NCBI GenBank assembly: GCA_964487615.1
Contig: CAZARM010000003.1
Location: 2,339-66,338 of the forward strand
Reading direction: 5' to 3'
Source: an uncultured Candidatus Saccharibacteria bacterium
GTDB lineage: Bacteria > Patescibacteriota > Saccharimonadia > Saccharimonadales > CAZARM01
DNA: 64,000 nt
Position numbers and translations under genes: made by a program
In this document: piece after piece, positions 8,307-17,835 of the stretch
Layout of the letters: each line of letters begins with the position of its first letter
Position numbering within the stretch: position 1 is the stretch's first letter
The notes under the pieces: model-generated
The model's input: only the letters and a program-made list of their open reading frames with translations
The model's database searches: none
What the model was told of the DNA's origin: nothing

Positions 8307-10022
8307 ATGACGATTACAGAGACTCGCGAAGTGTTACCGCCTCAAGCCTTGCCGGAGTTGTTGGTTGATGAATTACCCCAACAAGACAATGAGTACAATT
8401 GGCACTTTTCTGATATAGCGGAGATTTGGCGGACGGACAGCCGCCCATATATGTCTCGGTTACTAGGCCAAGTAGCCGGTTTCGGAGCCTGCGCCGCGGT
8501 GACCGGACTTGCCGGCGTCCGGTACTTGCCCGCCCATACTATGGTTGGTCCACATGAAGCTGAGGTCAGCCTGCGCTCAACTCCATATCTAGACGGAGAC
8601 TTGGGCCCTTTGGGGGTGATCCATGTCCCAACTGAGTCTATCGGCGCTAATATTGTGCTCAAGAAAATACCGGGCGAGCCAGCAAACAGCAAACAGCTCC
8701 TGGACGAAGACCTTTCGCAGCTAGTGGAGCGCTACGTTCAATTATTTACAGACATGGATAAGGGCCAGGCACAGATAGAAAGAGCTTTGCTAGAGCATTT
8801 TAGGGCCTGCGCGCTGGTTGGCGGCACTGCACTAATGGGAGCCTTTTATCTATCACGGGGTGTTTTGCGCAAATTTGCTGGGCCCGAACAATGGCAACTG
8901 CTAGTTGATAAGCTAGATCCGACCCTAGACCACGGGAGGCTATTGCTGGTGTTGAGTCTATTGCCGTCAACACTTGCGATCGGCAGTACGCCAGAAAAGT
9001 CGTATACACCACCGGGAACGGAAATTAGCAATCCGTTACTAGTAGACAGGGTGCCGAACGGCACAATTATCGAAGGACAACTACTGAATCTGCTGGTAGA
9101 CAAAGTCGGGCCGATGGCCGCCGATTATTGGGAGGCGAACGAGCAATTTTACGACGAGGCAACCGCCAACCTTGAAAAAGCAATCGATATTGCCGAACCC
9201 TTCCCTGACGAGCCAGACACCGAACTATTTATGTTTGTGACCGACTGGCACTGCAATATTGGCCAAGCCCAGGTCCTCGGCAAAATCCTGGAAAAGTATG
9301 GGGTCAGAATGGTTGTGACCGCTGGTGATGACACCATGGCCGGTACACCTTACGAAGAAGGCTGTATCAGTACTTTTCGTTTCCATATGGGAGAACAAAC
9401 TATTATTTTGACGGCCGGCGGCAACCATGATTCTGACGAAACCGAAAACCAAGAGAGAAAGTACAACTATTTTGTACTCGACGGCGATGTTATTGAAGCC
9501 GGTGGTCTAACTTTCTTGGGTGATGACGACCCTATGCGAAGTGAGTACCTACACTCCATCCATCTTGAGCGGAATGAGACGGAAGCTCAGATGGGCGAAC
9601 GTTTAGACCAAAAAGCGCGTGAATATAAACAACAAACTAGCCAGCAAGTTAATGTATTTGTGGTACACGAAGGCGAAGCCGGTGAGTTAGCCCTAGAAAA
9701 CGGTGATTCCGGTATACTACTCAGTGGCCATACGCACGAAGAAGCCTTGGGAAAAATTGAAAACACGCGAGGTGAAACGGTCGTTCACTACACCGGTGAC
9801 GACGCGGCGGGGACAGTCAAGGATGCGGTGACAGTTGTAGGCCCGCTGAAAGACGACTCCGGTGTCGCACTTTTCCAATACAATACTAAGACCGGAAAAG
9901 TGCTGAGGTATCGGCCTGTAGACACCCACCAGGATGCCAGCGTCACTATTGGGCCTATCACTGACTTCCCTACCAGCAAGCAGTCAGTAATAGTTGGCCG
10001 CCCCCGGAGAACTCCCTCCTAA
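8307..10022 (+). CDS. membrane-associated calcineurin-like metallophosphoesterase
   Basis: The C-terminal half carries the phosphoesterase motifs VTDWHCN, TAGDDT, GGNHDS and GHTHEE. The N-terminal half has hydrophobic segments. Confidence 0.7.
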   Translation: MTITETREVLPPQALPELLVDELPQQDNEYNWHFSDIAEIWRTDSRPYMSRLLGQVAGFGACAAVTGLAGVRYLPAHTMVGPHEAEVSLRSTPYLDGDLGPLGVIHVPTESIGANIVLKKIPGEPANSKQLLDEDLSQLVERYVQLFTDMDKGQAQIERALLEHFRACALVGGTALMGAFYLSRGVLRKFAGPEQWQLLVDKLDPTLDHGRLLLVLSLLPSTLAIGSTPEKSYTPPGTEISNPLLVDRVPNGTIIEGQLLNLLVDKVGPMAADYWEANEQFYDEATANLEKAIDIAEPFPDEPDTELFMFVTDWHCNIGQAQVLGKILEKYGVRMVVTAGDDTMAGTPYEEGCISTFRFHMGEQTIILTAGGNHDSDETENQERKYNYFVLDGDVIEAGGLTFLGDDDPMRSEYLHSIHLERNETEAQMGERLDQKAREYKQQTSQQVNVFVVHEGEAGELALENGDSGILLSGHTHEEALGKIENTRGETVVHYTGDDAAGTVKDAVTVVGPLKDDSGVALFQYNTKTGKVLRYRPVDTHQDASVTIGPITDFPTSKQSVIVGRPRRTPS

Positions 10023-10033
10023 CCAAACCTCAC

Positions 10034-10687
10034 TTAGAGGTGTTCACGTGCTTCCAGGTGTACGAACTTCCGGGTGGGATTGCTCAGATGCTTTGTTATA
10101 AAACTATTGGTCACTTCGTGCCCGGCGGCATTATACAAACCGTTGTGTGTTGCCAGGATGATCGGAGCGTTTACGGCGTTGGCAAAATCTATGGCTTCAG
10201 CTACTTTATGCCATGGGCCAGAGGTAGGAAGAGCTAAGACCTCCACGGCATCATCAATGGTGTGGTACGAATCGCTCGGGTAGTAGAGATAATCGTCTAT
10301 CTTTAAGGCCAAAGATTTGCACGGAGACTTTTTGTGTATTGGGGCATGGTCAGTCTCGTAAAACGTCAGCTTGTAGCCGGCTACTTCAATCGTCTTGGTG
10401 TCCGTAACGGGCGCACTGTCGATCTGTTCTGCTCTCAATTGTTGATGCACGGCTGTAGTGGTAAAGATCTTTGTTTGGGGGCTCTGTTTCAGGATAGCCT
10501 TGAGGTTATCAAGGTCAAAATGGTCCACATGCTCTTCAGTCACAACGACGCAAGCAATATTAGTCAAATCGGCCGGCAGCTTCGTAAAGCACCCCGGGTC
10601 GATAACCAGTCTTACGCCAGCCTTATTAAGCACCAAACAGGCGTGTTCATACTTGGTTAGCTTAATTATGCTCGTTGTCTCGGCCAT
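10034..10687 (-). CDS. MBL-fold metallo-hydrolase
   Basis: 217 aa. Contains VVVTEEHVDHFD (a variant of HxHxDH) and later His/Asp ligand positions typical of the beta-lactamase fold. Confidence 0.7.
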   Translation of the reverse strand: MAETTSIIKLTKYEHACLVLNKAGVRLVIDPGCFTKLPADLTNIACVVVTEEHVDHFDLDNLKAILKQSPQTKIFTTTAVHQQLRAEQIDSAPVTDTKTIEVAGYKLTFYETDHAPIHKKSPCKSLALKIDDYLYYPSDSYHTIDDAVEVLALPTSGPWHKVAEAIDFANAVNAPIILATHNGLYNAAGHEVTNSFITKHLSNPTRKFVHLEAREHL

Positions 10688-10729
10688 AACCCCATACTAT
10701 CAAAAGAAAAGAGTTGTAGTTGTATAAAA

Positions 10730-10806
10730 TGGTACACCCGGCGTGATTCGAACACACGACCTCCAGTACCGCAAACTGGCGCTCTATCCAGCTGAGCTAC
10801 GGGTGC
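10730..10806 (-). tRNA. tRNA-Arg (anticodon GCG), CCA encoded
   Basis: The reverse complement reads GCACCCG-TA-GCTC-AGCTGGATA-GAGC-G-CCAGT-TTGCGGT-ACTGG-AGGTC-GTGTG-TTCGAAT-CACGC-CGGGTGT-A-CCA. Confidence 0.85.
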
Positions 10807-10998
10807 GCGTCGGAACCGACAGTCGGCTTGCGTTAAAGAAAAGTATTTCTTTAACTCCAACCTCTAGTCGCTTCCTCCTCTCAAATTCGTGAATCCGCTC
10901 ACGAATTTGTACAGCTGCAAGGGCTGCAACAGGGGTAATCCTACCATAGACGGTTGCTGAATGCTAGAGAGTTTATCTGTTAGAATAATTACGTCTAT

Positions 10999-11088
10999 GG
11001 AAGGGTGCAGGAGTGGTTGAACTGGACGGTCTCGAAAACCGTTGTGCGGGCAACCGTACCGAGGGTTCGAATCCCTCCCCTTCCGCCA
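10999..11088 (+). tRNA. tRNA-Ser (anticodon CGA), CCA encoded
   Basis: Acceptor GGAAGGG/CCCTTCC, anticodon arm ACGGT-CTCGAAA-ACCGT, long variable arm, T-arm GAGGG-TTCGAAT-CCCTC, then G-CCA. Confidence 0.9.
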
Positions 11089-11273
11089 TCAAAGAGAGAA
11101 TTCGCATATTGCTGTTTATGGTTGTTGCTATAATTGAGCATGAGGGGAGGCCAAGGAATGGTACAACGAACTTCACAACCGCGTTATTACATCCGTGATA
11201 GCGAAACTAACGAACTTTGGTGCTTCGACACCAGATACATCACCGGCAAAACGAAGCTGATCAAAAAGAGCGC

Positions 11274-12368
11274 TTAAACAGCGCTCTTTTCTTTTGTCTC
11301 TGGAGGTTTTACGACGAGAGGGATATCTGCTTTTGCTTCTTCTGGCGCTCGTTCCAACTCTTTTGGCTTGGTTAAGTGCAGGGCCAGAAGGGTTCCAGCC
11401 CCGACAATGGAATACGCCGCAGAATAAATCAGCAAAGTACGGCCGACGTGGCTGTTTAGAGACTTTGCGGCTGCAATCAAAGCTTTTTCTAACTCGGTGG
11501 TGGCGAGCTGGTACGCTGCACCGTTTGGTGCGGTGAGCAGTCGACCCAGTATAAAGCTGGCAAACCAACCACTTATGAGCACGAAAATGCCAGTGGTCAG
11601 GAAGGTAATGCCTAGCGACTTGAGGCCCTTGCGCCGTGTGATGCTTAAGACAAACACTCCGATGCCTAAAAGTGCACTGATGCCCAGCAAGATCTCCGGC
11701 ATTAGTTTGAGCAACTTGAACTTGTCTTGGACAGCCCGTGCTTCTTGAAATGGGTTTTGGCCCGTAACTTTGTTGGTCAGAGTATCGGCCGACAGAACTG
11801 GATCTTTTAGGAAGTCGGATTTGTTGAGATCGGCAACCACCTGGTCTCGTGCCGCCACCGCCGTGAGGCTTGGCGGGCGGCACGGTAGGGAGAAGACGTC
11901 ATCCTCGGCATTAAGAGATTTGAGCTGGTCTCGTGAGCAAACCGGCAGTGTGTTAAAGTGTTGTTCCGCTGCGGTTCCGGCGGCAGCGATGAACTGGGCT
12001 TTTTGAGCGCTCAGATCGACGTGGAAATCCGGTAGCTTGGTGTCGCTATTCAGCCACACATACACGCTGTCAATCACCTGCTCTGAAGAACTCTTAAGCA
12101 CGTCTGGAGTGAATGAGGTTTCGGCTGCTTGCTTTAGCTCAGGAGCAGCAATAGATACAGCTTGTTGCCCCTCGGTTTCTAGCTTGTCCTGGGTCTCAGA
12201 GAAGGCCGTGTCGATTACGCTGCTATACAGTTTGCTGTCGTCGATTGATTTTTTGATAGTTCCAGGAGTGCCGATTACCGCTACTAAGGCTGCTGTAATG
12301 GCGGCTGAGAAAAGAGTTATCTTGAGCAACACAGAACAAGCGCCGCGCGCAAACGATTTCATAAGCAT
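11274..12368 (-). CDS. hypothetical multi-pass membrane protein
   Basis: The track ORF is 11274..12449. I prefer the start at Met28 (12368, MLMKSFARG...) because the longer version would overlap the divergent HIT gene start. It has N- and C-terminal hydrophobic helices. ORF 11173..11883 (Arg/Ser/Pro-rich, another frame of the same strand) is judged an artefact. Confidence 0.6.
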   Translation of the reverse strand: MLMKSFARGACSVLLKITLFSAAITAALVAVIGTPGTIKKSIDDSKLYSSVIDTAFSETQDKLETEGQQAVSIAAPELKQAAETSFTPDVLKSSSEQVIDSVYVWLNSDTKLPDFHVDLSAQKAQFIAAAGTAAEQHFNTLPVCSRDQLKSLNAEDDVFSLPCRPPSLTAVAARDQVVADLNKSDFLKDPVLSADTLTNKVTGQNPFQEARAVQDKFKLLKLMPEILLGISALLGIGVFVLSITRRKGLKSLGITFLTTGIFVLISGWFASFILGRLLTAPNGAAYQLATTELEKALIAAAKSLNSHVGRTLLIYSAAYSIVGAGTLLALHLTKPKELERAPEEAKADIPLVVKPPETKEKSAV

Positions 12369-12414
12369 TATTGTACCGCACCAAACAGCAATTAAAGCGT
12401 GCGGTACAATAATG
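12366..12414. promoter_or_regulatory. perfect 16-bp inverted repeat spanning a divergent intergenic region
   Basis: CATTATTGTACCGCAC (12366-12381), 17 nt, GTGCGGTACAATAATG (12399-12414). The outermost triplets of the two arms are the two divergent start codons. Confidence 0.5.
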
Positions 12415-12810
12415 AATATGGAAGACTCTGTATTTACCAAGATTATCAAGGGTGAAATCCCTTGTCACAAAGTCTACGAAGACGATACAACCCTAGCTTT
12501 TTTGGATATTTCCCCTTATACCGAAGGCCACACCTTGGTAATCCCCAAGGAGCAAGTTGACCATTTGTGGGATACCGACGACGTGGCCTACCAGCACCTA
12601 ATGGAAGTAGTAAAGTTGGTTGCCAACCGAGTACGCGAAGTTATCAAGCCCGAGCGGGTAGGAATAATTGTTGAGGGCTTTGCGGTGCCTCACGCTCATG
12701 TCCACGTTTTCCCAATGCAAGGCGGTTTAGAGTACACGTTGGAACATCAGGTAGCAAAACCTAGCGATGTACAGTTATCAGAGATGGCAAAACGCCTGCG
12801 CTTCCAGTAG
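12412..12810 (+). CDS. HIT-family (HinT-like) nucleotide hydrolase
   Basis: SVFTKIIKGEIPCHKVYEDDTTLAFLDISPYTEGHTLVIPK plus the histidine triad VPHAHVHVFP. The track start at 12037 is an upstream read-through; the likely start is the ATG at 12412 or 12418. Confidence 0.85.
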   Translation: MNMEDSVFTKIIKGEIPCHKVYEDDTTLAFLDISPYTEGHTLVIPKEQVDHLWDTDDVAYQHLMEVVKLVANRVREVIKPERVGIIVEGFAVPHAHVHVFPMQGGLEYTLEHQVAKPSDVQLSEMAKRLRFQ

Positions 12811-12819
12811 ACTAAGCGT

Positions 12820-12993
12820 ATGTTTAGTAATGCGACGATAGCTATTGTCTTTGGTATTGGTTTAAGCGCCTGGGTCTACAACAAAGCCCAACAGCGTACC
12901 GGTGGTAACACACAAACCGCCCTTTTAGTCGCTGGGTTTTGTGCTGTTATCGGCGCGCTCGTAATCTTCACGATCTTAGGGATTATTTTTTAA
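12820..12993 (+). CDS. small (57 aa) two-helix membrane protein
   Basis: Below the track size cutoff. Sequence is MFSNATIAIVFGIGLSAWVYNKAQQRTGGNTQTALLVAGFCAVIGALVIFTILGIIF. It starts 10 nt after the HIT stop. Confidence 0.45.
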   Translation: MFSNATIAIVFGIGLSAWVYNKAQQRTGGNTQTALLVAGFCAVIGALVIFTILGIIF

Positions 12994-13052
12994 CTAGCAC
13001 TAAGCGGCTAGTTTAGCTTGGTTTTAGCTGTGGTTTCCAGTACGCTAGTACT

Positions 13053-13916
13053 ATGAATCAAGGGGGTGAAGAAACGGCGTTGGCTGACGCTTTGCAGGCC
13101 GCGCGACGAGCAGCTGGGCTGACCCAGCAAGAGTTGTGTGATAAGGCTGGCATCAGCTACTCGACACTGGCCAAAATAGAACGGGGCGCCATCAAGGCCC
13201 CCTCTATTTTTACGATCAATAGCATTGCCCAGGTCCTAGGCATCAGCCTCAGTGACCTAGTTGGTTCGGCCATGCCTGCCCTGCCCTCGCCCGAAACCAA
13301 AAAGGTTTCCAAAAACGGCGTTCGGTTTGTGTTTTTTGATGTCAATGGCTGCCTGGTACGCTTTTTTAACCGCGCCTTTACTCAAATCGCCATCGATAGT
13401 GGCAAGCAAGCTGACGTCGTGGAAACTGCTTTTTGGCACTATAACGACACCGTTTGTCGCGGTGAGCTGGGGATGGAGGAATATAACCGAATATTGGGCC
13501 AACGGTTTGGCTTACCCAACTTTGATTGGCGCAGCTACTACATGGCCGCAATCGAACCGATTCCGGAAATGCACGAGCTGGTCAAGTGGGCGGTTACTCA
13601 GTACCGTGTCGGTCTACTGACCAATATCATGCCAGGACTTGTCCCAGCCATGTTGAGCAAAGGGCTCATCCCCGACCTGCCCTACACGGCCATAATTGAT
13701 TCTTCAGAAGTTAAGACCGTCAAGCCGGAGGCGGAGATGTACCATGTAGCTGCCGAAAAGGCCGCTGTAGCACCAAACGAGATTCTGTTAGTGGACGATT
13801 CTAGGGCCAATGTTATGGCCGCCGAACGTGCTGGCTGGAAGGTGCTGTGGTTTGACGATTATCGAATCGAAGAAAGCACCGCCCGTGTCCGTGAGGCCCT
13901 GGAACCTGCCAATTAG
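13053..13916 (+). CDS. fusion of XRE-type HTH domain and HAD-superfamily hydrolase domain
   Basis: The N-terminus LTQQELCDKAGISYSTLAKIERG is an XRE-type HTH. The rest has HAD motifs FFDVNGCL (motif I) and LLVDDSRANVMAAERAGW (motif IV). Confidence 0.7.
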   Translation: MNQGGEETALADALQAARRAAGLTQQELCDKAGISYSTLAKIERGAIKAPSIFTINSIAQVLGISLSDLVGSAMPALPSPETKKVSKNGVRFVFFDVNGCLVRFFNRAFTQIAIDSGKQADVVETAFWHYNDTVCRGELGMEEYNRILGQRFGLPNFDWRSYYMAAIEPIPEMHELVKWAVTQYRVGLLTNIMPGLVPAMLSKGLIPDLPYTAIIDSSEVKTVKPEAEMYHVAAEKAAVAPNEILLVDDSRANVMAAERAGWKVLWFDDYRIEESTARVREALEPAN

Positions 13917-16468
13917 TGTGAGCCAGCGAACTTGTCGTATTCGGCTTGGGCTTTTTGCTGCAGGGCTTTAGTGGCCTGTAATTGTTCCCTGGTTTCGTCC
14001 ACAAGAGCTTTAGGAGCGCTTTTGACGTAAGAATCGTTGCTGAGTCGGGATTCCAGGCGGACGACGCTTTGTTCGTGCTCACGGATGCTGAGCTGCAGCG
14101 AGTGCAAGAAGTTCTTGATGGTTGCTTGGTCTAGATCTAGCCACGCCTGATGTTTGGTGCCGGTGAGGTTTAAGCCTCGGCCGTCCTTCACCTCAGTTAC
14201 TTCAACATTGGCCAGAGCCTTGATAACAGCGGTGTGCTCTTTGATAAAATCATCACCCGCGTGATACAAGCGCAGTTCACGGATTTGCAAGACACTTCTG
14301 ATACCCCTGATTTCGCTGACTATAGCCTTGATCTCCTCAAAGTCGGCGCCCTTTTTAGCGTCACTCCCCTGCTTCGAAGGCCACGGGGCAATGGCCAGCA
14401 GGCTATCGTTCTCCCACTTAAGCGTTTGCCAAATAGTTTCCGTGACGAATGGTGCAAATGGATGCACGAGTTTTAGTACCGTTTCCAGTACGTGCGCCAA
14501 TACGTTTTTGTTGAGCTCTGTTTTGCTCATCTCGATATACCAATCAGCAACTTCATCCCAGGTAAAGTGGTAGATGGCATCGTAGGCTTCGGCAAAACGG
14601 TATTGTTCCAAATATTGACCGGTCGTCTCTGTTAGATGTTGTAACTTAGACAATATGTAATGATCCGCAGAATTCTTTGGATCGGGCTGATTCTTGAGTG
14701 CAAAGTCATCGCCAATTTTGTCTTCAATGAACCGGGCCACGTTCCATAATTTGTTGGTAAAATTTCGTCCGCCGACAACCTTGGCAACTCCAAAAGGTTG
14801 ATTGTTGCCAGCCGCTTGGCCTTGTACGAGCCCCAAACGCAAGGCGTCCGAACCGTACTGCTCCAAGCTATCCATAGGGTTTACAACGTTGCCCTTGCTT
14901 TTGCTCATCTTGGCGCCTTTTTCGTCCATAATCAGGCCGTGCAAGTAGACTTGGTTAAACGGAATTTCCCCCGTTACGTAAAGGCCAAACATGATCATTC
15001 GGGATACCCACGGATAGAGGATATCGGCGCCAGTTTCCATGAGACTAAGTGGATAGAACTGCTTGAAATCTTCGGAGTCTGGGTAGTCGAGGGTGGAATA
15101 TGGCCAGCTGGCACTAGAAAACCAAGTGTCAAAAACATCGGGGTCACGCTTGTAGGTTTTGTCGTTTACTTCAATGAATTCTTGATCGGTGCGTTCGTCA
15201 TAAATCCAGTCGTCACTATCGTCAACATTTTGAAACGCTGGGATTGGGATACCCCAGGCAATTTGACGGCTGATATTCCAATCGCGCAAGCCTTGCAAAT
15301 AAGTGATCAGCTGTTCCCTCTTGGCATCCGGATAGAAGGTAATTTTTTTGTCCTTGAGAGCCTTGATTGCAGGTTCGCCTAGAGGCTTCATATCGATGAA
15401 CCACTGTTCTAGTAACATCGGTTCAATGACGGTGCCACATTTGTAGCACTTCCCTATCCGGTTTTGGTAGGTTTCATCTACCTTGATCAGTAAATCTTTT
15501 TCTTTGAGTGCTTCGACCACGGCTTTACGGGCGTCTAACACCGTCATGCCGCGGAAGCGTCCGGCTTTATCATTCATGGTGCCATCATGATTAATGACCC
15601 TAATAGCCGGCAAATGGTGTCGTTGGGCCACTTCCCAGTCGTCGAAGGAGTGAGCCGGAGTGATCTTTACTACCCCCGTTCCAAACTCCGGATTTACCAT
15701 AACATCTTTAATAACCTGGACATCAAACGGACCATTGACGCCCTCGACTGTGACCACCTTCCCTACCCACTCACGGTATCGCTTGTCATCAGGGTGGACG
15801 GCTACAGCAGTGTCGCCAAACTTAGTCTCCGGCCGAGTAGTCGCTAGTGTAAAGGGCCCGTACTTCATGTAATACAACGGTGTTACGGCATCCTCGTAGG
15901 CTACCTCAATATCGGCAAAGCCAGTGCGGTGATGGGTACAGTAATTTACCAAGCGTTCACCTCTGTAAATAAGCTTTTCGTCCCACATTTTTTTAAACGT
16001 GGCGTTGGCGCGCTTAACGATCTTGTCGTCCAAGGTGTAGACGTAGTGATTCCAGTCCACACTGGCGCCTAAACGACGGAACTGCGACTGGTAGTTGTCT
16101 TTGTTCTGGGCTACGAATTCCCAAATCTGGGAATATAACTCTTCACGGGTGAAATCAAAGCGGCTCTTCCCCTGTTTGGCGAGCTCTTTTTCAAACACCA
16201 CTTGCGTTTCAAAACCGGCATGGTCGGCCCCAGGGACGAATAGTGTATTATCGCCCTTCATGCGATGGTAACGGACGGCAATATCCTCTAATGCCAGTGT
16301 CAAAGCGTGGCCGAGGTGCAAGTTGCCGTTGGCGTTGGGCGGCGGTACGACAATACTGTAACTGCTCTTCCCGCCCCTGTTTTTGGGCGCAAACGCATCG
16401 CTCTTTTCCCAGAGCGCGTAGATGTCATCTTCGTAATTCTGCGGTTCGTAGGTTTTTGGTAAATTCAC
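13913..16468 (-). CDS. valS: valine--tRNA ligase
   Basis: 851 aa with PPPNANGNLHLGHA (HIGH), KMSKSKGN (KMSKS) and a C-terminal coiled coil. GTG start with GAGGAAG upstream. Confidence 0.95.
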   Translation of the reverse strand: MNLPKTYEPQNYEDDIYALWEKSDAFAPKNRGGKSSYSIVVPPPNANGNLHLGHALTLALEDIAVRYHRMKGDNTLFVPGADHAGFETQVVFEKELAKQGKSRFDFTREELYSQIWEFVAQNKDNYQSQFRRLGASVDWNHYVYTLDDKIVKRANATFKKMWDEKLIYRGERLVNYCTHHRTGFADIEVAYEDAVTPLYYMKYGPFTLATTRPETKFGDTAVAVHPDDKRYREWVGKVVTVEGVNGPFDVQVIKDVMVNPEFGTGVVKITPAHSFDDWEVAQRHHLPAIRVINHDGTMNDKAGRFRGMTVLDARKAVVEALKEKDLLIKVDETYQNRIGKCYKCGTVIEPMLLEQWFIDMKPLGEPAIKALKDKKITFYPDAKREQLITYLQGLRDWNISRQIAWGIPIPAFQNVDDSDDWIYDERTDQEFIEVNDKTYKRDPDVFDTWFSSASWPYSTLDYPDSEDFKQFYPLSLMETGADILYPWVSRMIMFGLYVTGEIPFNQVYLHGLIMDEKGAKMSKSKGNVVNPMDSLEQYGSDALRLGLVQGQAAGNNQPFGVAKVVGGRNFTNKLWNVARFIEDKIGDDFALKNQPDPKNSADHYILSKLQHLTETTGQYLEQYRFAEAYDAIYHFTWDEVADWYIEMSKTELNKNVLAHVLETVLKLVHPFAPFVTETIWQTLKWENDSLLAIAPWPSKQGSDAKKGADFEEIKAIVSEIRGIRSVLQIRELRLYHAGDDFIKEHTAVIKALANVEVTEVKDGRGLNLTGTKHQAWLDLDQATIKNFLHSLQLSIREHEQSVVRLESRLSNDSYVKSAPKALVDETREQLQATKALQQKAQAEYDKFAGSH

Positions 16469-16740
16469 AAGTCTTCCTCTAAGCTCAAAGCCTATGATAC
16501 CACCCCTGATAACACTTGCCTACTACCCTGAAATTAAAAACATTACAGGTTTCACGTGAAAGAGACAAACAAACTCAAGACTTTTGTCCAAAAGCCCTCA
16601 CTTCATTTGTCTTTGCTAGTTCCCACATTTTGGAAAGTGCGGCGTGCATTGTTTTGCAAGCAGTACATTGCCTTTTTGTTTTCACACTAAGAATAACAGG
16701 GATGGAATGACCAATCAATATTGACAAAACAATAGATAGG

Positions 16741-17817
16741 TTACATAGATAAATTCGGGGCGATAGCTAGCGAATAGAGTTCAGCAAGGGGCTGCTTTTT
16801 TATTCTTTTGTAACAGCCTAGGGTGGCGATCATGGCGCCGTTGTCCGTACATAACTTCATATCGGTGTACTGAATGGGGCAGGGCAGGCGTTCGGCTAAT
16901 TGACGACGTAATTCGGGGCTAGCAGCTACACCTCCACCGATGACCACCGACGCTGGGTTGAATTCTTCATATGCTAGTAAAGTCTTGTCTACGACAGTTT
17001 CTACAGCAACACGCTGGAAACTTGCAGCAATGTTGGCCTTCTGAGCCTCAGAGAGACGCTCTGATAGCTCAGAGGACGGAAATGTGTGGTCTTCACCAAT
17101 TTCGGTCTGTGCGGCCCTGAGAACGGCTGTTTTTAGCCCAGAGAAACTGAAATCGTATTTTTCGGTCATTTTTGCCTTCGGAAATTGGTATGCTTGAGGG
17201 TCGCCTTTTTTTGCGGCTTCCCCGACACTAGGACCACCGGGGTAGGGTAAGCCAATAATTTTGGCCACTTTATCGAAAGCTTCACCGATGGCATCGTCGT
17301 TGGTCTGACCCAGGAGGCGGTAGTCGAAGTGATCCTGCCAGATAACTAGTTGGGAATGACCACCTGACACTATGAGGCCGAGCATCGGGAAAGTTGGGGC
17401 TACGGATGGTAGTGAGTAGGCGCTAGATAGGGCAGGGGAGATTTGCGTCAGAAAATTGACGTAAATGTGGCCCTCGACGTGATTTATGGCATAAAGTGGT
17501 TTGTTTTTGATAATTGCCAAAGTTCTGGCTGTCATAACGCCAACTAATAGAGAGCCACCCAGGCCAGCGCCGTATGTAACGGCAATAGCGTCAATGTCAC
17601 TCCACGTGCACTCGGCCTGCTCTAGGGATTGGTTGATAACCGGCATGATGGACTCGATGTGTGAGCGGGCGGCAATTTCTGGCACCACACCCCCGTAAGC
17701 AGCATGCAAATCCATGCTCGACAGTACTACATTAGACAGTAGTTTTGTGCCATCCTCAACAACCGCGGCTGCGGTTTCGTCACAACTTGTTTCGATCCCT
17801 AAAACTTTCATGTCCAA
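16741..17817 (-). CDS. tsaD: tRNA N6-adenosine threonylcarbamoyltransferase
   Basis: KVLGIETSCDETAAAVV and NHVEGHI motifs; 358 aa, Kae1/TsaD family. Confidence 0.9.
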   Translation of the reverse strand: MDMKVLGIETSCDETAAAVVEDGTKLLSNVVLSSMDLHAAYGGVVPEIAARSHIESIMPVINQSLEQAECTWSDIDAIAVTYGAGLGGSLLVGVMTARTLAIIKNKPLYAINHVEGHIYVNFLTQISPALSSAYSLPSVAPTFPMLGLIVSGGHSQLVIWQDHFDYRLLGQTNDDAIGEAFDKVAKIIGLPYPGGPSVGEAAKKGDPQAYQFPKAKMTEKYDFSFSGLKTAVLRAAQTEIGEDHTFPSSELSERLSEAQKANIAASFQRVAVETVVDKTLLAYEEFNPASVVIGGGVAASPELRRQLAERLPCPIQYTDMKLCTDNGAMIATLGCYKRIKKQPLAELYSLAIAPNLSM

Positions 17818-17835
17818 ACCAGTATACTAGAGCAC

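Noticed and set aside
10883-10908. 10-bp inverted repeat AAATTCGTGA-ATCCGC-TCACGAATTT between the divergent tRNA-Arg and tRNA-Ser(CGA) genes.
   Set aside because: It could be an operator or a transcript-end hairpin. It lacks a U-run and has no second copy in the window, so there is not enough evidence to assign a role.
12037-12411. N-terminal 125-aa extension of the HIT protein ORF (track start 12037), and the 27-aa extension of the divergent membrane protein (track start 12449).
   Set aside because: The extensions would make two divergent genes overlap by about 400 nt. The extension sequence is the antisense of the membrane-protein gene. The HIT domain begins right after ATG 12412/12418.
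16469-16740. Possible T-box riboswitch in the valS leader. The minus strand reads AGGGGTGGTATCATAGGC (complement of about 16490-16507) just upstream of the SD, resembling the T-box core GGGTGGTACCGCG.
   Set aside because: I could not build the antiterminator or anti-sequestrator: no 3' CCCCU strand pairs with AGGGG after the downstream hairpin. I found no convincing specifier loop with a Val codon followed by a purine, no AGAGA/distal-loop motifs, and no terminator. It would need cmscan with the T-box model (RF00230) to revive the idea.
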